This document shows, piece by piece, positions 26,154-34,847 of a DNA stretch of 41,457 bases. A program made the translations under genes and the position numbers. The notes under the pieces are model-generated. The model did not search any database and was not told the DNA's origin. It worked only from the letters and a program-made list of their open reading frames with translations. Within the stretch, counting starts at the first letter, position 1; every line of letters starts with the position of its first letter. The stretch comes from Chloroflexota bacterium (lineage in GTDB: Bacteria > Chloroflexota > Limnocylindria > Limnocylindrales > CSP1-4): the NCBI GenBank assembly GCA_046732155.1, contig JBKPMM010000005.1, positions 1 through 41,457 on the forward strand, written 5' to 3'.

Positions 26154-27956
26154 ATGGCCGCCACACAACCTGTCACAACGACATCGCGCGCCCTCGGGCG
26201 GGGCGTCGGTCGGGTCGCGCGCTGGTCGGTGATCCTCGTGTTGCTGGCGGCGCTTGCCGGCGTCGTCGCGCTCGTCGCGTTCGGCCGCTCGTATGACGGG
26301 CGGATCCTGCCCGGCGTCGTGGTCGGCGGCGTCGCCGTCGGCGGGATGACCGAGGCGCAGGCCAGGACGGCGATCGACGACGCGCTCGCCGCGCTCGAGG
26401 AGGGCCAGATCCAGCTGGTGTCGAGCCGCACGACCGGCGTGATCTCGTACGCCGAGGTCCGGCGAGCCGTCGACGGCGAGGGCATGCTCGAGGAAGCGCT
26501 GGCGCACGGCCGAAGCGGGACGCGCTTCGAGGAAGCATGGGCCGGCCTCCAGGGTCTCCTGCGCCCGACGACCGTGCCGATCCGCATCGGGTATGACCGC
26601 CCGACGCTCGCCGCCAAGCTCGCCGCGTTCAGGCTCCTCGGGGAGCGGCAGCCGACGGACGCCCAGGCGCGGATCGTCCACGGGTCCTTCACGGCGATGC
26701 CGGCGCACGACGGCGTTGCTGTCGACACGAGCACGATCCAGGCGCAGATCGATGCAGCCCTGCTCGACCCGGCGACACCGCCGGTGATCCGCTACGAGGC
26801 GCAGTCGACCGTGCTACCGCCGACGACGTCTGACGAGGACGTCGCCCGCGCGATCGATCAAGCGCGCCGGATCGCGGCCCCGATCAAGCTCTCCACGGCG
26901 AACCGCTCGTGGTCGATCACCCCCAAGGTCCTCACGGGCTGGATGACGTTCGAAGGCGACGGCTCGAGCTACGGACCGGCCATCGACACCGGCCGCGCGA
27001 CCGCGATCCTCAAGAGCATCAAGAAGCACGTGGCGATCAAGCCGACGAACGCGACGTTCGTCCGCGATCGCGGCGGACGGATCTTCGGGGTCAGCGCGTC
27101 GTCTGCGGGTCGCGAGCTCGACGTGGAAGCGACGGTCGATTCGATCGTCAACATCCTCGATGGGCGGGCCGTCGGCGCGAAGACGCCATCGAAGGTGGCC
27201 ATCGCGACGAGGGCCGTCGGCCCGGACGTCACGACCAGCGAGGCGACCAAGAAGGCGCCACTGGTCGAGCGGATCGGATCATGGACGACGTACTACCAGG
27301 TCAGCGCGCACAACGGGTTCGCGGCGAACATCACCGTCCCGGCGCGTCGTCTCGATGGACTCGTCGTCCGGCCGGGTGAGACGTTCGACTTCTGGCGGGC
27401 ACTGGGCGAGGTGAGCTTCCGGACCGGTTACCGTCTTGGGGGCGCGATCGTCGGTGGCCACAGCGTCGAAGGCAGGGCGCTCGCCGGCGGCATCTGCGCG
27501 GCGTCGACGACGCTGTTCAACGCCGCCGCTCGTGGCGGACTCCAGATCGTCACGCGCCAGCCGCACTGGTACTACATCACGCGTTATCCGCTCGGCCTGG
27601 ATGCGACGGTGTCGGACTCACAGACGATGCGCTTCCGGAACGACACGGCCCATCCGGTGATGATCCGGTCACAGGCGTCGCCGGGGATCGTGCATTTCGA
27701 GATCTGGAGTGTGCCCGATGGTCGGACGACGACGTGGTCGAATCCGATAGTGACCAACGTCGTCCGTGGCTACGACACGACCCAGTACACGTCGTCCCTG
27801 CGCCCCGGTGAGCAGCAGCGGACGGAATACCCCGTCGATGGCAAGGACGTCTCGGTGACGCGGACCGTGCGCGACGCCAACGGGCGGGTCGTCCACCGCG
27901 ACACGTTCATCTCGCACTACCACCGGATGGTCGGCATCCTGCTGATCGGTCGCTGA
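26154..27956 (+). CDS. VanW family protein (N-terminal TM, YoaR-like PG-binding region, C-terminal VanW domain)
   Basis: TM segment WSVILVLLAALAGVVALVAF. The VanW core reads PGETFDFWRALGEVSFRTGYRLGGAIVGG...GGICAASTTLFNAAARGGLQIVTRQPH. Confidence 0.85.
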   Translation: MAATQPVTTTSRALGRGVGRVARWSVILVLLAALAGVVALVAFGRSYDGRILPGVVVGGVAVGGMTEAQARTAIDDALAALEEGQIQLVSSRTTGVISYAEVRRAVDGEGMLEEALAHGRSGTRFEEAWAGLQGLLRPTTVPIRIGYDRPTLAAKLAAFRLLGERQPTDAQARIVHGSFTAMPAHDGVAVDTSTIQAQIDAALLDPATPPVIRYEAQSTVLPPTTSDEDVARAIDQARRIAAPIKLSTANRSWSITPKVLTGWMTFEGDGSSYGPAIDTGRATAILKSIKKHVAIKPTNATFVRDRGGRIFGVSASSAGRELDVEATVDSIVNILDGRAVGAKTPSKVAIATRAVGPDVTTSEATKKAPLVERIGSWTTYYQVSAHNGFAANITVPARRLDGLVVRPGETFDFWRALGEVSFRTGYRLGGAIVGGHSVEGRALAGGICAASTTLFNAAARGGLQIVTRQPHWYYITRYPLGLDATVSDSQTMRFRNDTAHPVMIRSQASPGIVHFEIWSVPDGRTTTWSNPIVTNVVRGYDTTQYTSSLRPGEQQRTEYPVDGKDVSVTRTVRDANGRVVHRDTFISHYHRMVGILLIGR

Positions 27957-27986
27957 GGGTAAGCGCGCCGGTCCGACCGCACGCGC

Positions 27987-28015
27987 TGGCTGAGTCCGTC
28001 GCTCGGCGCTAGAAT
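27987..28015 (+). promoter_or_regulatory. Candidate tRNA promoter (-10 TAGAAT at 28010-28015)
   Basis: A strong -10 hexamer lies 10 nt upstream of the tRNA 5' end. The -35 (TGGCTG) is weak. Confidence 0.4.
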
Positions 28016-28025
28016 CGGCGGCCGC

Positions 28026-28100
28026 GGCGGAGTAGCTCAGTGGTAGAGCAGGGGACTCATAAGCCCTTGGTCGGTGGTTCGAATCCGCCCTCCGCTACCA
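28026..28100 (+). tRNA. tRNA with CAT anticodon (elongator tRNA-Met, or tRNA-Ile2 if C34 is lysidinylated), CCA encoded
   Basis: Hand-folded cloverleaf: acceptor GGCGGAG/CTCCGCT (G1-U72 wobble), D arm GCTC-AGTGGTA-GAGC, anticodon loop CTCATAA, variable TGGTC, T arm GGTGG-TTCGAAT-CCGCC, then ACCA. There is one A-G mismatch at the base of the anticodon stem. Confidence 0.9.
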
Positions 28101-28303
28101 ACACCCCGAGACCGACGACGGGCCGTCACGCACGTCGTATCGATTTCTTCACACGACCTCCCGTCCCCATCCACCTTTCGGCATCGTCCGTAGAGATGAT
28201 GGAGGGCATGACCTCGGTCAGGGGGTCCCTCCAGACCCCGACGGTATACTCGCGACACGGGGCGGCGCTCGGCCGTCGTCCACCTCATCCCGGAGGCTCC
28301 TAG

Positions 28304-30226
28304 TTGAACCCCAAGTTCTTCCGCAACGGCATCGTGATGCTGGTGCTCGTGGTTGGCACCGCAGCGCTGCTGTTCACGTGGATCACGACCACGTCGCAAC
28401 CCCAGACGACCGGCTACTCCGACTTCCTCAACCAGGTCAGCCAGGGCAAGGTCGCGAAGGTCACCCAGCAGGGCACGACCCTGACCGTCGAGACCAAGCC
28501 CACCGACAGCCACCCCAAGGAGACCTACACGGTCATCGTCCCGACGGTGCTGACCCCGGTCTACACGGACATGCAGGCGGCGGCCGCGAAGGGCACACCC
28601 CCGGCCGAGCTCCCGCCGGACATCTTCACCGCCAACCAGGCCCCCGACACCTCGTGGCTCGGGCTGCTCCTGACCGCTGTGCTCCCGTTGCTGATCATCG
28701 GCGGCTTCATCTTCTTCATGATGCGTCAGGCCCAGGGCACGAATAACCAGGCCCTGTCATTCGGCAAGAGCCGCGCCCGGATGTTCCTCGGCAACAAGAC
28801 GGTCGTCACGTTCGCCGACGTCGCGGGTGTCGACGAGGCCAAGACCGAGCTCCAGGAGGTCGTCGAGTTCCTGAAGTTCCCGGAGAAGTTCAACTCGCTC
28901 GGCGCGCGCATCCCGCGCGGTGTCCTGCTGGTCGGGCCTCCGGGCACCGGCAAGACGCTGATGGCCCGCGCGGTCGCCGGTGAGGCCGGTGTCCCGTTCT
29001 TCTCGATCTCTGGCTCAGAATTCGTCGAGATGTTCGTCGGCGTCGGCGCAAGCCGCGTCCGCGACCTGTTCGACCAGGCGAAGCGCAATTCGCCGTGCAT
29101 CGTCTTCGTCGACGAGATCGATGCGGTCGGCCGCCAGCGCGGCGCCGGCCTCGGCGGAAGCCACGACGAGCGCGAGCAGACCCTCAACCAGATCCTCGTC
29201 GAGATGGACGGCTTCGACACGAACACCAACGTCATCGTCGTCGCCGCCACCAACCGCCCCGACGTCCTCGACCCGGCCCTCCTACGCCCGGGCCGCTTCG
29301 ACCGCCAGGTCATCCTCGATCGGCCGGACATGAAGGGTCGCGTCGAGATCCTCAAGGTCCACACCAAGGGCAAGCCGCTCGACAAGGCCGTCGACGTCGA
29401 GGGCGTCGCGCGCCAGTCGCCGGGCTTCTCCGGGGCGGATCTCGCCAATCTCGTCAACGAGGCGGCGATCCTGTCGGCCCGCCGGAACAAGAAGGTCATC
29501 GGCATGTCCGAGTTCCAGGAGGCCCTGGAGCGGATCGTCGCCGGCCCGGAGCGCAAGTCGCGGGTCATCTCGGATGCCGAGAAGGCGATCATCGCCTACC
29601 ACGAGGGCGGGCACGCCGTCGTCCAGCGCATCCTCCCCAAGTGCGACCCGGTCGCCAAGGTCACGATCATCAGCCGTGGCATGGCCCTCGGCTACACGAT
29701 GGCCCTGCCCACCGAGGACCGCTATCTCCAGTCCAAGACCGAGTTCGAGGACAAGATCGCCGGACTCCTCGCAGGGAATGTCGCTGAGCGGATGATCTTC
29801 GGTGACACGACGACGGGTGCCAGCAACGACATCGAGAAGGCGACCGACCTCGCCCGACGCATGGTCACCGAGTTCGGCATGAGCGACAAGCTCGGCCCGC
29901 TGTCCTTCGGGAAACGCGATGAGCTGGTGTTCCTCGGCCGGGAGATCGGCGAGCAGCGCAACTACAGCGACGACGTCGCGCGCCAGATCGACGAGGAGGT
30001 CCGGACGATCATCGACCGGGCGTACGAGCGGGCGACCGACGTCCTGACGACCCACCGCGACCGACTCGTGGCGCTGGCGGAAAAGTTGGTCGCCGAGGAG
30101 ACCGTCGACTCTGAAGAGTTCGAGAAGCTGTTCACCGACCTGCCCCCGAAGTCGGCGGACGGCGCCGTGCCGTCGGTCGTCGGTCCAGGCCAGCCCGTCC
30201 CGGAGCCGAAGCCGCAGCCGGCCTGA
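28304..30226 (+). CDS. ftsH: ATP-dependent zinc metalloprotease FtsH
   Basis: Two N-terminal TMs, Walker A GPPGTGKT, Walker [30 protein letters not shown] and zinc motif HEGGH. TTG start with GGAGG about 8 nt upstream. Confidence 0.95.
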   Translation: MNPKFFRNGIVMLVLVVGTAALLFTWITTTSQPQTTGYSDFLNQVSQGKVAKVTQQGTTLTVETKPTDSHPKETYTVIVPTVLTPVYTDMQAAAAKGTPPAELPPDIFTANQAPDTSWLGLLLTAVLPLLIIGGFIFFMMRQAQGTNNQALSFGKSRARMFLGNKTVVTFADVAGVDEAKTELQEVVEFLKFPEKFNSLGARIPRGVLLVGPPGTGKTLMARAVAGEAGVPFFSISGSEFVEMFVGVGASRVRDLFDQAKRNSPCIVFVDEIDAVGRQRGAGLGGSHDEREQTLNQILVEMDGFDTNTNVIVVAATNRPDVLDPALLRPGRFDRQVILDRPDMKGRVEILKVHTKGKPLDKAVDVEGVARQSPGFSGADLANLVNEAAILSARRNKKVIGMSEFQEALERIVAGPERKSRVISDAEKAIIAYHEGGHAVVQRILPKCDPVAKVTIISRGMALGYTMALPTEDRYLQSKTEFEDKIAGLLAGNVAERMIFGDTTTGASNDIEKATDLARRMVTEFGMSDKLGPLSFGKRDELVFLGREIGEQRNYSDDVARQIDEEVRTIIDRAYERATDVLTTHRDRLVALAEKLVAEETVDSEEFEKLFTDLPPKSADGAVPSVVGPGQPVPEPKPQPA

Positions 30227-31208
30227 CCTCCGGCCCGATCCAGTACCGCCATTCCGAGCGGGCCGGACCCCGGCCCGCTCGTTCGATTCGTTGGACGGCG
30301 TGCGGGCCGCGCCGGCGAGCCACGGGGCCCCTGCGTGGCGGTCGAGGCGACTGCCGTGGGGCGGCAACAGGCCTCGCGCGAAGCGCCAACGACACCCTAC
30401 GTTGCCGTGGGCCGCAAGATTCGTCCGATCCTGCCGATGGACGGCAAGCCCCGGCCTCAGCCATTCGCGTCGCGTCGTCTGCTGCCGTGGGACGGCAACG
30501 TGGCTCGTCCGTGCGCGTGAGCGATCTGACGAGGATGAGGGCGTCCCGAGGCTGAAGTTTCCCGCGCCGGAGAGCCGAGTAGGCGGCTGCATCGACGATG
30601 GAGAGGTCGGTGGCAACGAGCGACGCGGCAGCCCTCAGGGCGACCCGATTCGAACGCGTGTCTGCGAGAACCACGAGCAGGCGATCGACCTTGGAGTCCG
30701 TCCGCTTCCTGATGATCTTGCGCATCTGACCCTGCGCGTCCACGAGGCGCGTCTCGAGTTCGGTGCCGCATACGCGGCGCTCGACGTCGGTGATCGTCAG
30801 GTCCCAGGCGCGTTGATCCCGAGCGTCGCCGATCGGCACTTCATCGCGAATCGTCAGGGACGGTCCGACCAGCTCCGTGAACGCCTGAGTGAGGCGAAGA
30901 TGCGCCAGGTCGCGCAGCGGTTCACCGCCTGGATACCTGCGGAGCCAGAGATCGATGCCGACTACGCTCGCGATACGGTTCAGCGTCGCGACATTCACCC
31001 ACGTCGCCAGACCACGCTCGATACGGCTGAGCTCAGACGCCGAGATCCCGGCTGCGTGCGCCACTTGGTCGAGCGTCAGGCTGGCGGTCGTCCTCGCGAC
31101 CCTAAGCTCGGCCCCGACGTTCGTTCGAGCGTCGAGGAACGGCGGTCTGCGCGGGAGATGCGCGACTCCGGCATCGGACCATGGTCGAGTCGAGCGATCA
31201 CCCGGCAC
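30132..31208 (-). CDS. XRE-family HTH protein with a C-terminal PD-(D/E)xK-like domain; the 3' third of the ORF is probably not genuine coding sequence
   Basis: [26 protein letters not shown], then [24 protein letters not shown]...[15 protein letters not shown]. After about residue 225 the product becomes Arg/Pro-rich low complexity. That tail reads through the palindrome array, the ftsH terminator and 95 nt of ftsH coding sequence. GTG start. Confidence 0.55.
   Translation of the reverse strand: MPGDRSTRPWSDAGVAHLPRRPPFLDARTNVGAELRVARTTASLTLDQVAHAAGISASELSRIERGLATWVNVATLNRIASVVGIDLWLRRYPGGEPLRDLAHLRLTQAFTELVGPSLTIRDEVPIGDARDQRAWDLTITDVERRVCGTELETRLVDAQGQMRKIIRKRTDSKVDRLLVVLADTRSNRVALRAAASLVATDLSIVDAAAYSALRRGKLQPRDALILVRSLTRTDEPRCRPTAADDATRMAEAGACRPSAGSDESCGPRQRRVSLALRARPVAAPRQSPRPPRRGPVARRRGPHAVQRIERAGRGPARSEWRYWIGPEVRPAAASAPGRAGLDRRPTARRRPPTSGAGR
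30256..30292 (+). terminator. Rho-independent terminator of ftsH (possibly bidirectional)
   Basis: GAGCGGGCCGG-ACC-CCGGCCCGCTC is a perfect 11-bp GC-rich stem (30256-30280), followed by GTTCGATTCGTT. It starts 30 nt after the ftsH stop. Confidence 0.7.
30351..30499. repeat. Array of four 18-bp palindromic repeats (consensus CTGCCGTGGGACGGCAAC)
   Basis: Copies at 30351-30368, 30401-30418, 30431-30448 and 30482-30499. The last contains the perfect hairpin TGCCGT-GGG-ACGGCA. Spacing is 50, 30 and 51 bp. Confidence 0.65.
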
Positions 31209-31249
31209 TCAACGCGGCCGCCGCCCCGGTTCCGCCACGTCCTGCGGCG

Positions 31250-31317
31250 GCCACCGATAGACTTCCGCGCCATGCCTGACCAGACCGCCACCGATAGACT
31301 TCCGCCCCATGCCTGAC
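31250..31317 (+). repeat. 37-bp tandem duplication containing the -10 box and start codon of the M20 peptidase gene
   Basis: GCCACCGATAGACTTCCGC(G/C)CCATGCCTGAC occurs at 31250-31280 and at 31287-31317, identical at 30 of 31 positions. Confidence 0.85.
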
Positions 31318-32706
31318 TCGACCGCGACCGACAACGACCTCGACGCGTACCTCGAACCGCGCCGGGGGGAACGTCTCGAACGCCTCAAGGCCTTCCTCCG
31401 GATCCCCAGCGTGTCCGCCCTCCCCGAGCACGGGCCCGACGTCCGCCGGGCCGCCGAGTGGCTAGCCGACGAGATGCGCGCCGGCGGGATCGAGAATGTC
31501 GAGGTCAGCGAGACCGGCGGCCATCCGATGGTCTACGGCGACTGGTTGCACGCCGAAGGCGAGCCCACGGTCGTGGTCTACGGTCACTACGACGTCCAGC
31601 CGGTCGACCCGGTCGCCGAGTGGCGGACGGAACCGTTCGAGCCCGTTGTCGATGGCGATCGGCTGATCGGTCGTGGCAGCGCTGACGACAAGGGCCAGAT
31701 CCACGCCCATGTCAGCGCGGCCGCCGCCCTCCTCGCCACGCGTGGCGCCTTGCCGATCAACGTCAAGTACGTCTTCGAAGGTGAGGAAGAGGCGGGAAGC
31801 CCCAACCTGGACGCGTGGCTCAGCGCGCATCGCGATCCATTGGCCGCCGACGCCGCGATCATCAGCGACACGGGCTTCTTCGAGGGCAACATCCCGGCGA
31901 TCACGCTCTCGTTGCGCGGGATGATGTACGCGCAGATCGATGTCCGGTTGACGAACGTCGACCTTCATTCGGGGAGCTATGGCGGGGCGATCCACAACCC
32001 GGCTGTCGCCCTCGCGCACATCATCGCGGCCCTGAAAGGCCCCGACGGGCGCGTCCGCATCCCCGGGTTCTATGACGACGTCCGTGAGCACTCGCCCTCA
32101 GAGCGCGAGGCGATCGCCGCGCTCCCATTCGACGAGGAGGCGTTCAAGGCCGACCTCGGCGTGCCCGCCCTGGTCGGCGAAGTCGGCTACTCGACGCTCG
32201 AGCGCAAATCGATCAGGCCCACCCTCGATGTCAACGGGATCTGGGGCGGCTTCCAGGGCGAGGGACAGAAGACGATCATCCCGGCCGAGGCGCACGCGAA
32301 GGCGAGCACGCGTCTCGTCGCGGACCAGGAACCCGATGACATCTTCGAGAAGCTCAAGGCATTCGTCGACGAGATCGCGCCACCAGGCGTGGACGTGTCC
32401 GTGAGGCTCCTGAGTACCGGGCACCCGAGTCAGACGCCACTCGACCATCCGTACGTCGGCGCGGCGTCGAGGGCGCTCGAGCGGGTGTTCGGGCAGTCGC
32501 CGCTGTACATCAATTCGGGTGGATCGATCCCGGTCGCCTCGAGCTTCCAGCGGATCGTGGGCCTGCCCGTTGTCCTGCTCGGCTTCACCCAGCCGAACGA
32601 CCTGGCACACGCCCCGAACGAGTGGTTCGACCTCGACAACTACGAGGGCGCGATCCGCACGATCGTCGCCACCTTCGACGAGATCGCCGGTCTCGGCAAG
32701 GGCTGA
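31309..32706 (+). CDS. M20 family dipeptidase / metallo-hydrolase
   Basis: FLRIPSVSALPEH..., VVVYGHYDVQPV, GRGSADDKGQ, FEGEEEAGS and the C-terminal HAPNEW are typical of M20 (ArgE/DapE/CPG2) dipeptidases. Confidence 0.85.
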   Translation: MPDSTATDNDLDAYLEPRRGERLERLKAFLRIPSVSALPEHGPDVRRAAEWLADEMRAGGIENVEVSETGGHPMVYGDWLHAEGEPTVVVYGHYDVQPVDPVAEWRTEPFEPVVDGDRLIGRGSADDKGQIHAHVSAAAALLATRGALPINVKYVFEGEEEAGSPNLDAWLSAHRDPLAADAAIISDTGFFEGNIPAITLSLRGMMYAQIDVRLTNVDLHSGSYGGAIHNPAVALAHIIAALKGPDGRVRIPGFYDDVREHSPSEREAIAALPFDEEAFKADLGVPALVGEVGYSTLERKSIRPTLDVNGIWGGFQGEGQKTIIPAEAHAKASTRLVADQEPDDIFEKLKAFVDEIAPPGVDVSVRLLSTGHPSQTPLDHPYVGAASRALERVFGQSPLYINSGGSIPVASSFQRIVGLPVVLLGFTQPNDLAHAPNEWFDLDNYEGAIRTIVATFDEIAGLGKG

Positions 32707-32720
32707 CGGGTCGCCGTCAG
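32703..32720 (+). terminator. Stem-loop at the end of the M20 gene (CTGACGG-GTCG-CCGTCAG), no U tract
   Basis: A 7-bp stem that includes the TGA stop. It is followed by a promoter-like region for the next gene. Confidence 0.3.
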
Positions 32721-32784
32721 GACGCCGGAACGACGGGACCGGCGCAGTACGGATGGGTGATACGGCATATCCCCGGTGCTACCC

Positions 32785-32790
32785 TAGAGT
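32785..32790 (+). promoter_or_regulatory. -10 box TAGAGT, 6 nt upstream of ATG 32797 (leaderless-type)
   Basis: TANNNT hexamer at leaderless spacing. No Shine-Dalgarno is present. Confidence 0.4.
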
Positions 32791-32796
32791 CGCCGT

Positions 32797-33924
32797 ATGA
32801 GCGCCAAGAGCGCCGGCCTCCGGGGAGGATCCGACCGCGTGACCACTGATCTCGAACCCAACGCTGCGCCCGCGCCCGCCGCTCGCGGGTGGCGACTCGA
32901 CACCGACAACGGGAGCATGGCGCCGAGATCGGCCCTCGACGTCCTCGTCGATCTCAACGAACGCGTCACGACGGGCCAGCTCGCCGAATATCAGCCGGTC
33001 CCGCTCGGCTTCACGCCGATGGACAAGACCATCGGCTCGGGGCTGCGCGCCGGGGAGCTGCTGCTGATCGGCGGCGCGCAGGGCACCGGCAAAACGACGA
33101 TGGCGCTCCAGATGGCCCGCAATATCGCGTCGGGCGGCCAGGCGAACGTCCTCTATCTGTGCTTCGAGCACGACGAGGCGTACCTGATGAACCGGCTCAT
33201 CGCGATGGAGTCGGCGCTCGCGCATCTCCCGCACAAGACCGGAGCGATCAAGATCCAGGATGTCCGCAAGGAGATCCTCGGCACGTGGATGGCCGAAGGC
33301 GCCGCGACGCCGCAGCTCGCCAACAATCCACGCCTCCGCCCGTCGCTCGATCGCATCGCCCGCTACGGCCAGAACCTGTTCCTGCTCCGCGGCTCGCAGA
33401 CCGCGAGCACGATCGACAACATCCGCAAGCTCGTCCAGCAGCACCGCGCGCTATCGGGCGATCGGCGCCTCGTCGTCTTCGTCGATTACATGCAGAAGGT
33501 GCCCCAGGTCCCGGAGCCTGAGAACGAGTCGGAGAAGGTCACGTACATCGTCAACGGCCTCAAGGACATCGCCCTGTCCGAGGACGTGCCGATGGTCTCG
33601 ATCGTCGCCGCCGACAAGGAGGGCCTGAAGGCCTCACGCCTGCGCAACTTCCACCTCCGCGGCTCGTCGGCGATCAACTACGAGGCCGACATCATCCTCA
33701 TCCTCAATGAGAAATACCACATCGTCGCGAAGGTCAACATCGAGTTCAACCCGTACCAGGCGCAGCGCTTCCGTGACTGGGTCGTCATCTCGGTCGAGAA
33801 GAACCGCGGCGGCCAGGACAACGTCGACCTCGAGTTCGAGAAGCACTTCGAGTTCTCCTGCTTCGACCCCAACGGTCGCACCGTCCAGGAGAAGTTGATC
33901 GAAGAGCGGCTGTATAACGACTGA
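32797..33924 (+). CDS. Stand-alone DnaB-C-terminal-like RecA-fold ATPase (no DnaB N-terminal domain)
   Basis: PVPLGFTPMDKTIGSGLRAGELLLIGGAQGTGKTTMALQMA (Walker A), LVVFVDYMQKV (Walker B), DVPMVSIVAADKEG and LRGSSAINYEADIILIL parallel DnaB motifs H1-H4. Only about 60 non-homologous residues precede the ATPase core. Confidence 0.75.
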   Translation: MSAKSAGLRGGSDRVTTDLEPNAAPAPAARGWRLDTDNGSMAPRSALDVLVDLNERVTTGQLAEYQPVPLGFTPMDKTIGSGLRAGELLLIGGAQGTGKTTMALQMARNIASGGQANVLYLCFEHDEAYLMNRLIAMESALAHLPHKTGAIKIQDVRKEILGTWMAEGAATPQLANNPRLRPSLDRIARYGQNLFLLRGSQTASTIDNIRKLVQQHRALSGDRRLVVFVDYMQKVPQVPEPENESEKVTYIVNGLKDIALSEDVPMVSIVAADKEGLKASRLRNFHLRGSSAINYEADIILILNEKYHIVAKVNIEFNPYQAQRFRDWVVISVEKNRGGQDNVDLEFEKHFEFSCFDPNGRTVQEKLIEERLYND

Positions 33925-33927
33925 CCG

Positions 33928-33946
33928 TCGCGCCGACACGGCGCGA
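33928..33946 (+). terminator. Stem-loop TCGCGCCG-ACA-CGGCGCGA after the DnaB-C-like gene (no U tract)
   Basis: An 8-bp perfect GC-rich stem that starts 4 nt after the stop. Confidence 0.35.
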
Positions 33947-33987
33947 GGCTGGGTGCCGCCACCCGTTCGGGGAGCGTGACGCGCTCC

Positions 33988-33993
33988 TAGGCT
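33988..33993 (+). promoter_or_regulatory. -10 box TAGGCT, 6 nt upstream of ATG 34000 (leaderless-type)
   Basis: TANNNT hexamer at leaderless spacing. No Shine-Dalgarno is present. Confidence 0.4.
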
Positions 33994-33999
33994 CCGACG

Positions 34000-34809
34000 A
34001 TGACCGACAGAGCGTCGAAGGACATGGACCAGGCGATCGTGCGCGAGCACGGCAACGCCTACAACCTGTTCATCCTCGTCCTGACCCTGTTCTCGCTCGT
34101 CGTCATGGTCCTGTTGTTGCTGCCACTCGGTCCGGAGTCGAGGCAGCTCCTGCAGGGCTATGACTTCGTCATCTGCCTGATCTTCCTGGGCGACTTCGTG
34201 TATTCGCTCACGGGTTCCCATCCCCGCCGCCAGTACTTCGTGTATGAGCGCGGCTGGCTCGACCTGCTCGGCTCGATCCCGACGCTCGGGTTCTTCGAGC
34301 TCACAGCGCTCTTGCGGCTCGCGCGCATCAGCCGGCTCGCGCGTGTCACGCGCCTGCTTCGCGGCAACAACCGCAAGGAGCTGGTGCGGGACATGATCGT
34401 CAACCGCGGCCAATACGCGTCGTTCATCACGCTGCTCGCGGCCGGCATGATCCTCAGCACCGCGAGTTTCCTCGTGCTCCAGTTCGAGAGCCGATCCGCC
34501 GACTCGAACATCAAGACAGGGGCCGACGCCATCTGGTGGGGATTCGTGACGATCACGACCGTCGGCTACGGCGATCGGTTCCCGGTGACCTTGCCCGGCC
34601 GCCTCGTCGGGTTATTCGTGATGCTTACCGGTGTCGGGATCATCGCTGCCCTTGCGAGCATCCTCGCGAGCGTGCTCGTGCCCGCACCGCCGCCTGATGA
34701 GGATGCGCCCGCGCAGACCGACGCGATCCCAGATGCCGCGCGCCTCGCCGACGAGGTGGCGGCCCTCCGCTCGGAAGTGGCAGCTCTCCGCTCCGAGCTG
34801 CGTCACTGA
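34000..34809 (+). CDS. Voltage-gated-type (6-TM) potassium channel
   Basis: S4-like Arg repeat LRLARISRLARVTRLLRG, selectivity filter TTVGYGD and flanking S5/S6 helices. The C-terminal short repeat VAALRSEVAALRSEL suggests a coiled-coil. Confidence 0.85.
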   Translation: MTDRASKDMDQAIVREHGNAYNLFILVLTLFSLVVMVLLLLPLGPESRQLLQGYDFVICLIFLGDFVYSLTGSHPRRQYFVYERGWLDLLGSIPTLGFFELTALLRLARISRLARVTRLLRGNNRKELVRDMIVNRGQYASFITLLAAGMILSTASFLVLQFESRSADSNIKTGADAIWWGFVTITTVGYGDRFPVTLPGRLVGLFVMLTGVGIIAALASILASVLVPAPPPDEDAPAQTDAIPDAARLADEVAALRSEVAALRSELRH

Positions 34810-34835
34810 CGAAGCGCGCCCCGGTCAGCGCCGCG

Positions 34836-34841
34836 TACCCT
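34836..34841 (+). promoter_or_regulatory. -10 box TACCCT, 6 nt upstream of ATG 34848 (leaderless-type)
   Basis: TANNNT hexamer at leaderless spacing. No Shine-Dalgarno is present. Confidence 0.4.
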
Positions 34842-34847
34842 GCGCGC

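Noticed and set aside
28026-28100. Initiator tRNA-fMet
   Set aside because: Positions 1 and 72 are paired (G-U) rather than the C-A type mismatch, and the anticodon stem lacks the three consecutive G-C pairs adjacent to the loop. It is therefore an elongator Met or an Ile2-type CAT tRNA.
28040-28303. 87-aa plus-strand ORF starting inside the tRNA
   Set aside because: It overlaps the tRNA gene and the ftsH leader, and has no coding signature.
30351-30499. Possible CRISPR array
   Set aside because: The repeats are only 18 bp, there are only four copies, the spacing is irregular (30-51 bp), the repeats are themselves degenerate, and there are no cas genes.
28026-31208. Integrated element at the tRNA gene (tRNA, odd HTH gene and repeats)
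   Set aside because: There is no integrase or recombinase, I could find no direct repeat of the tRNA 3' end, and the intervening gene is the core gene ftsH. Only the HTH gene itself looks foreign.
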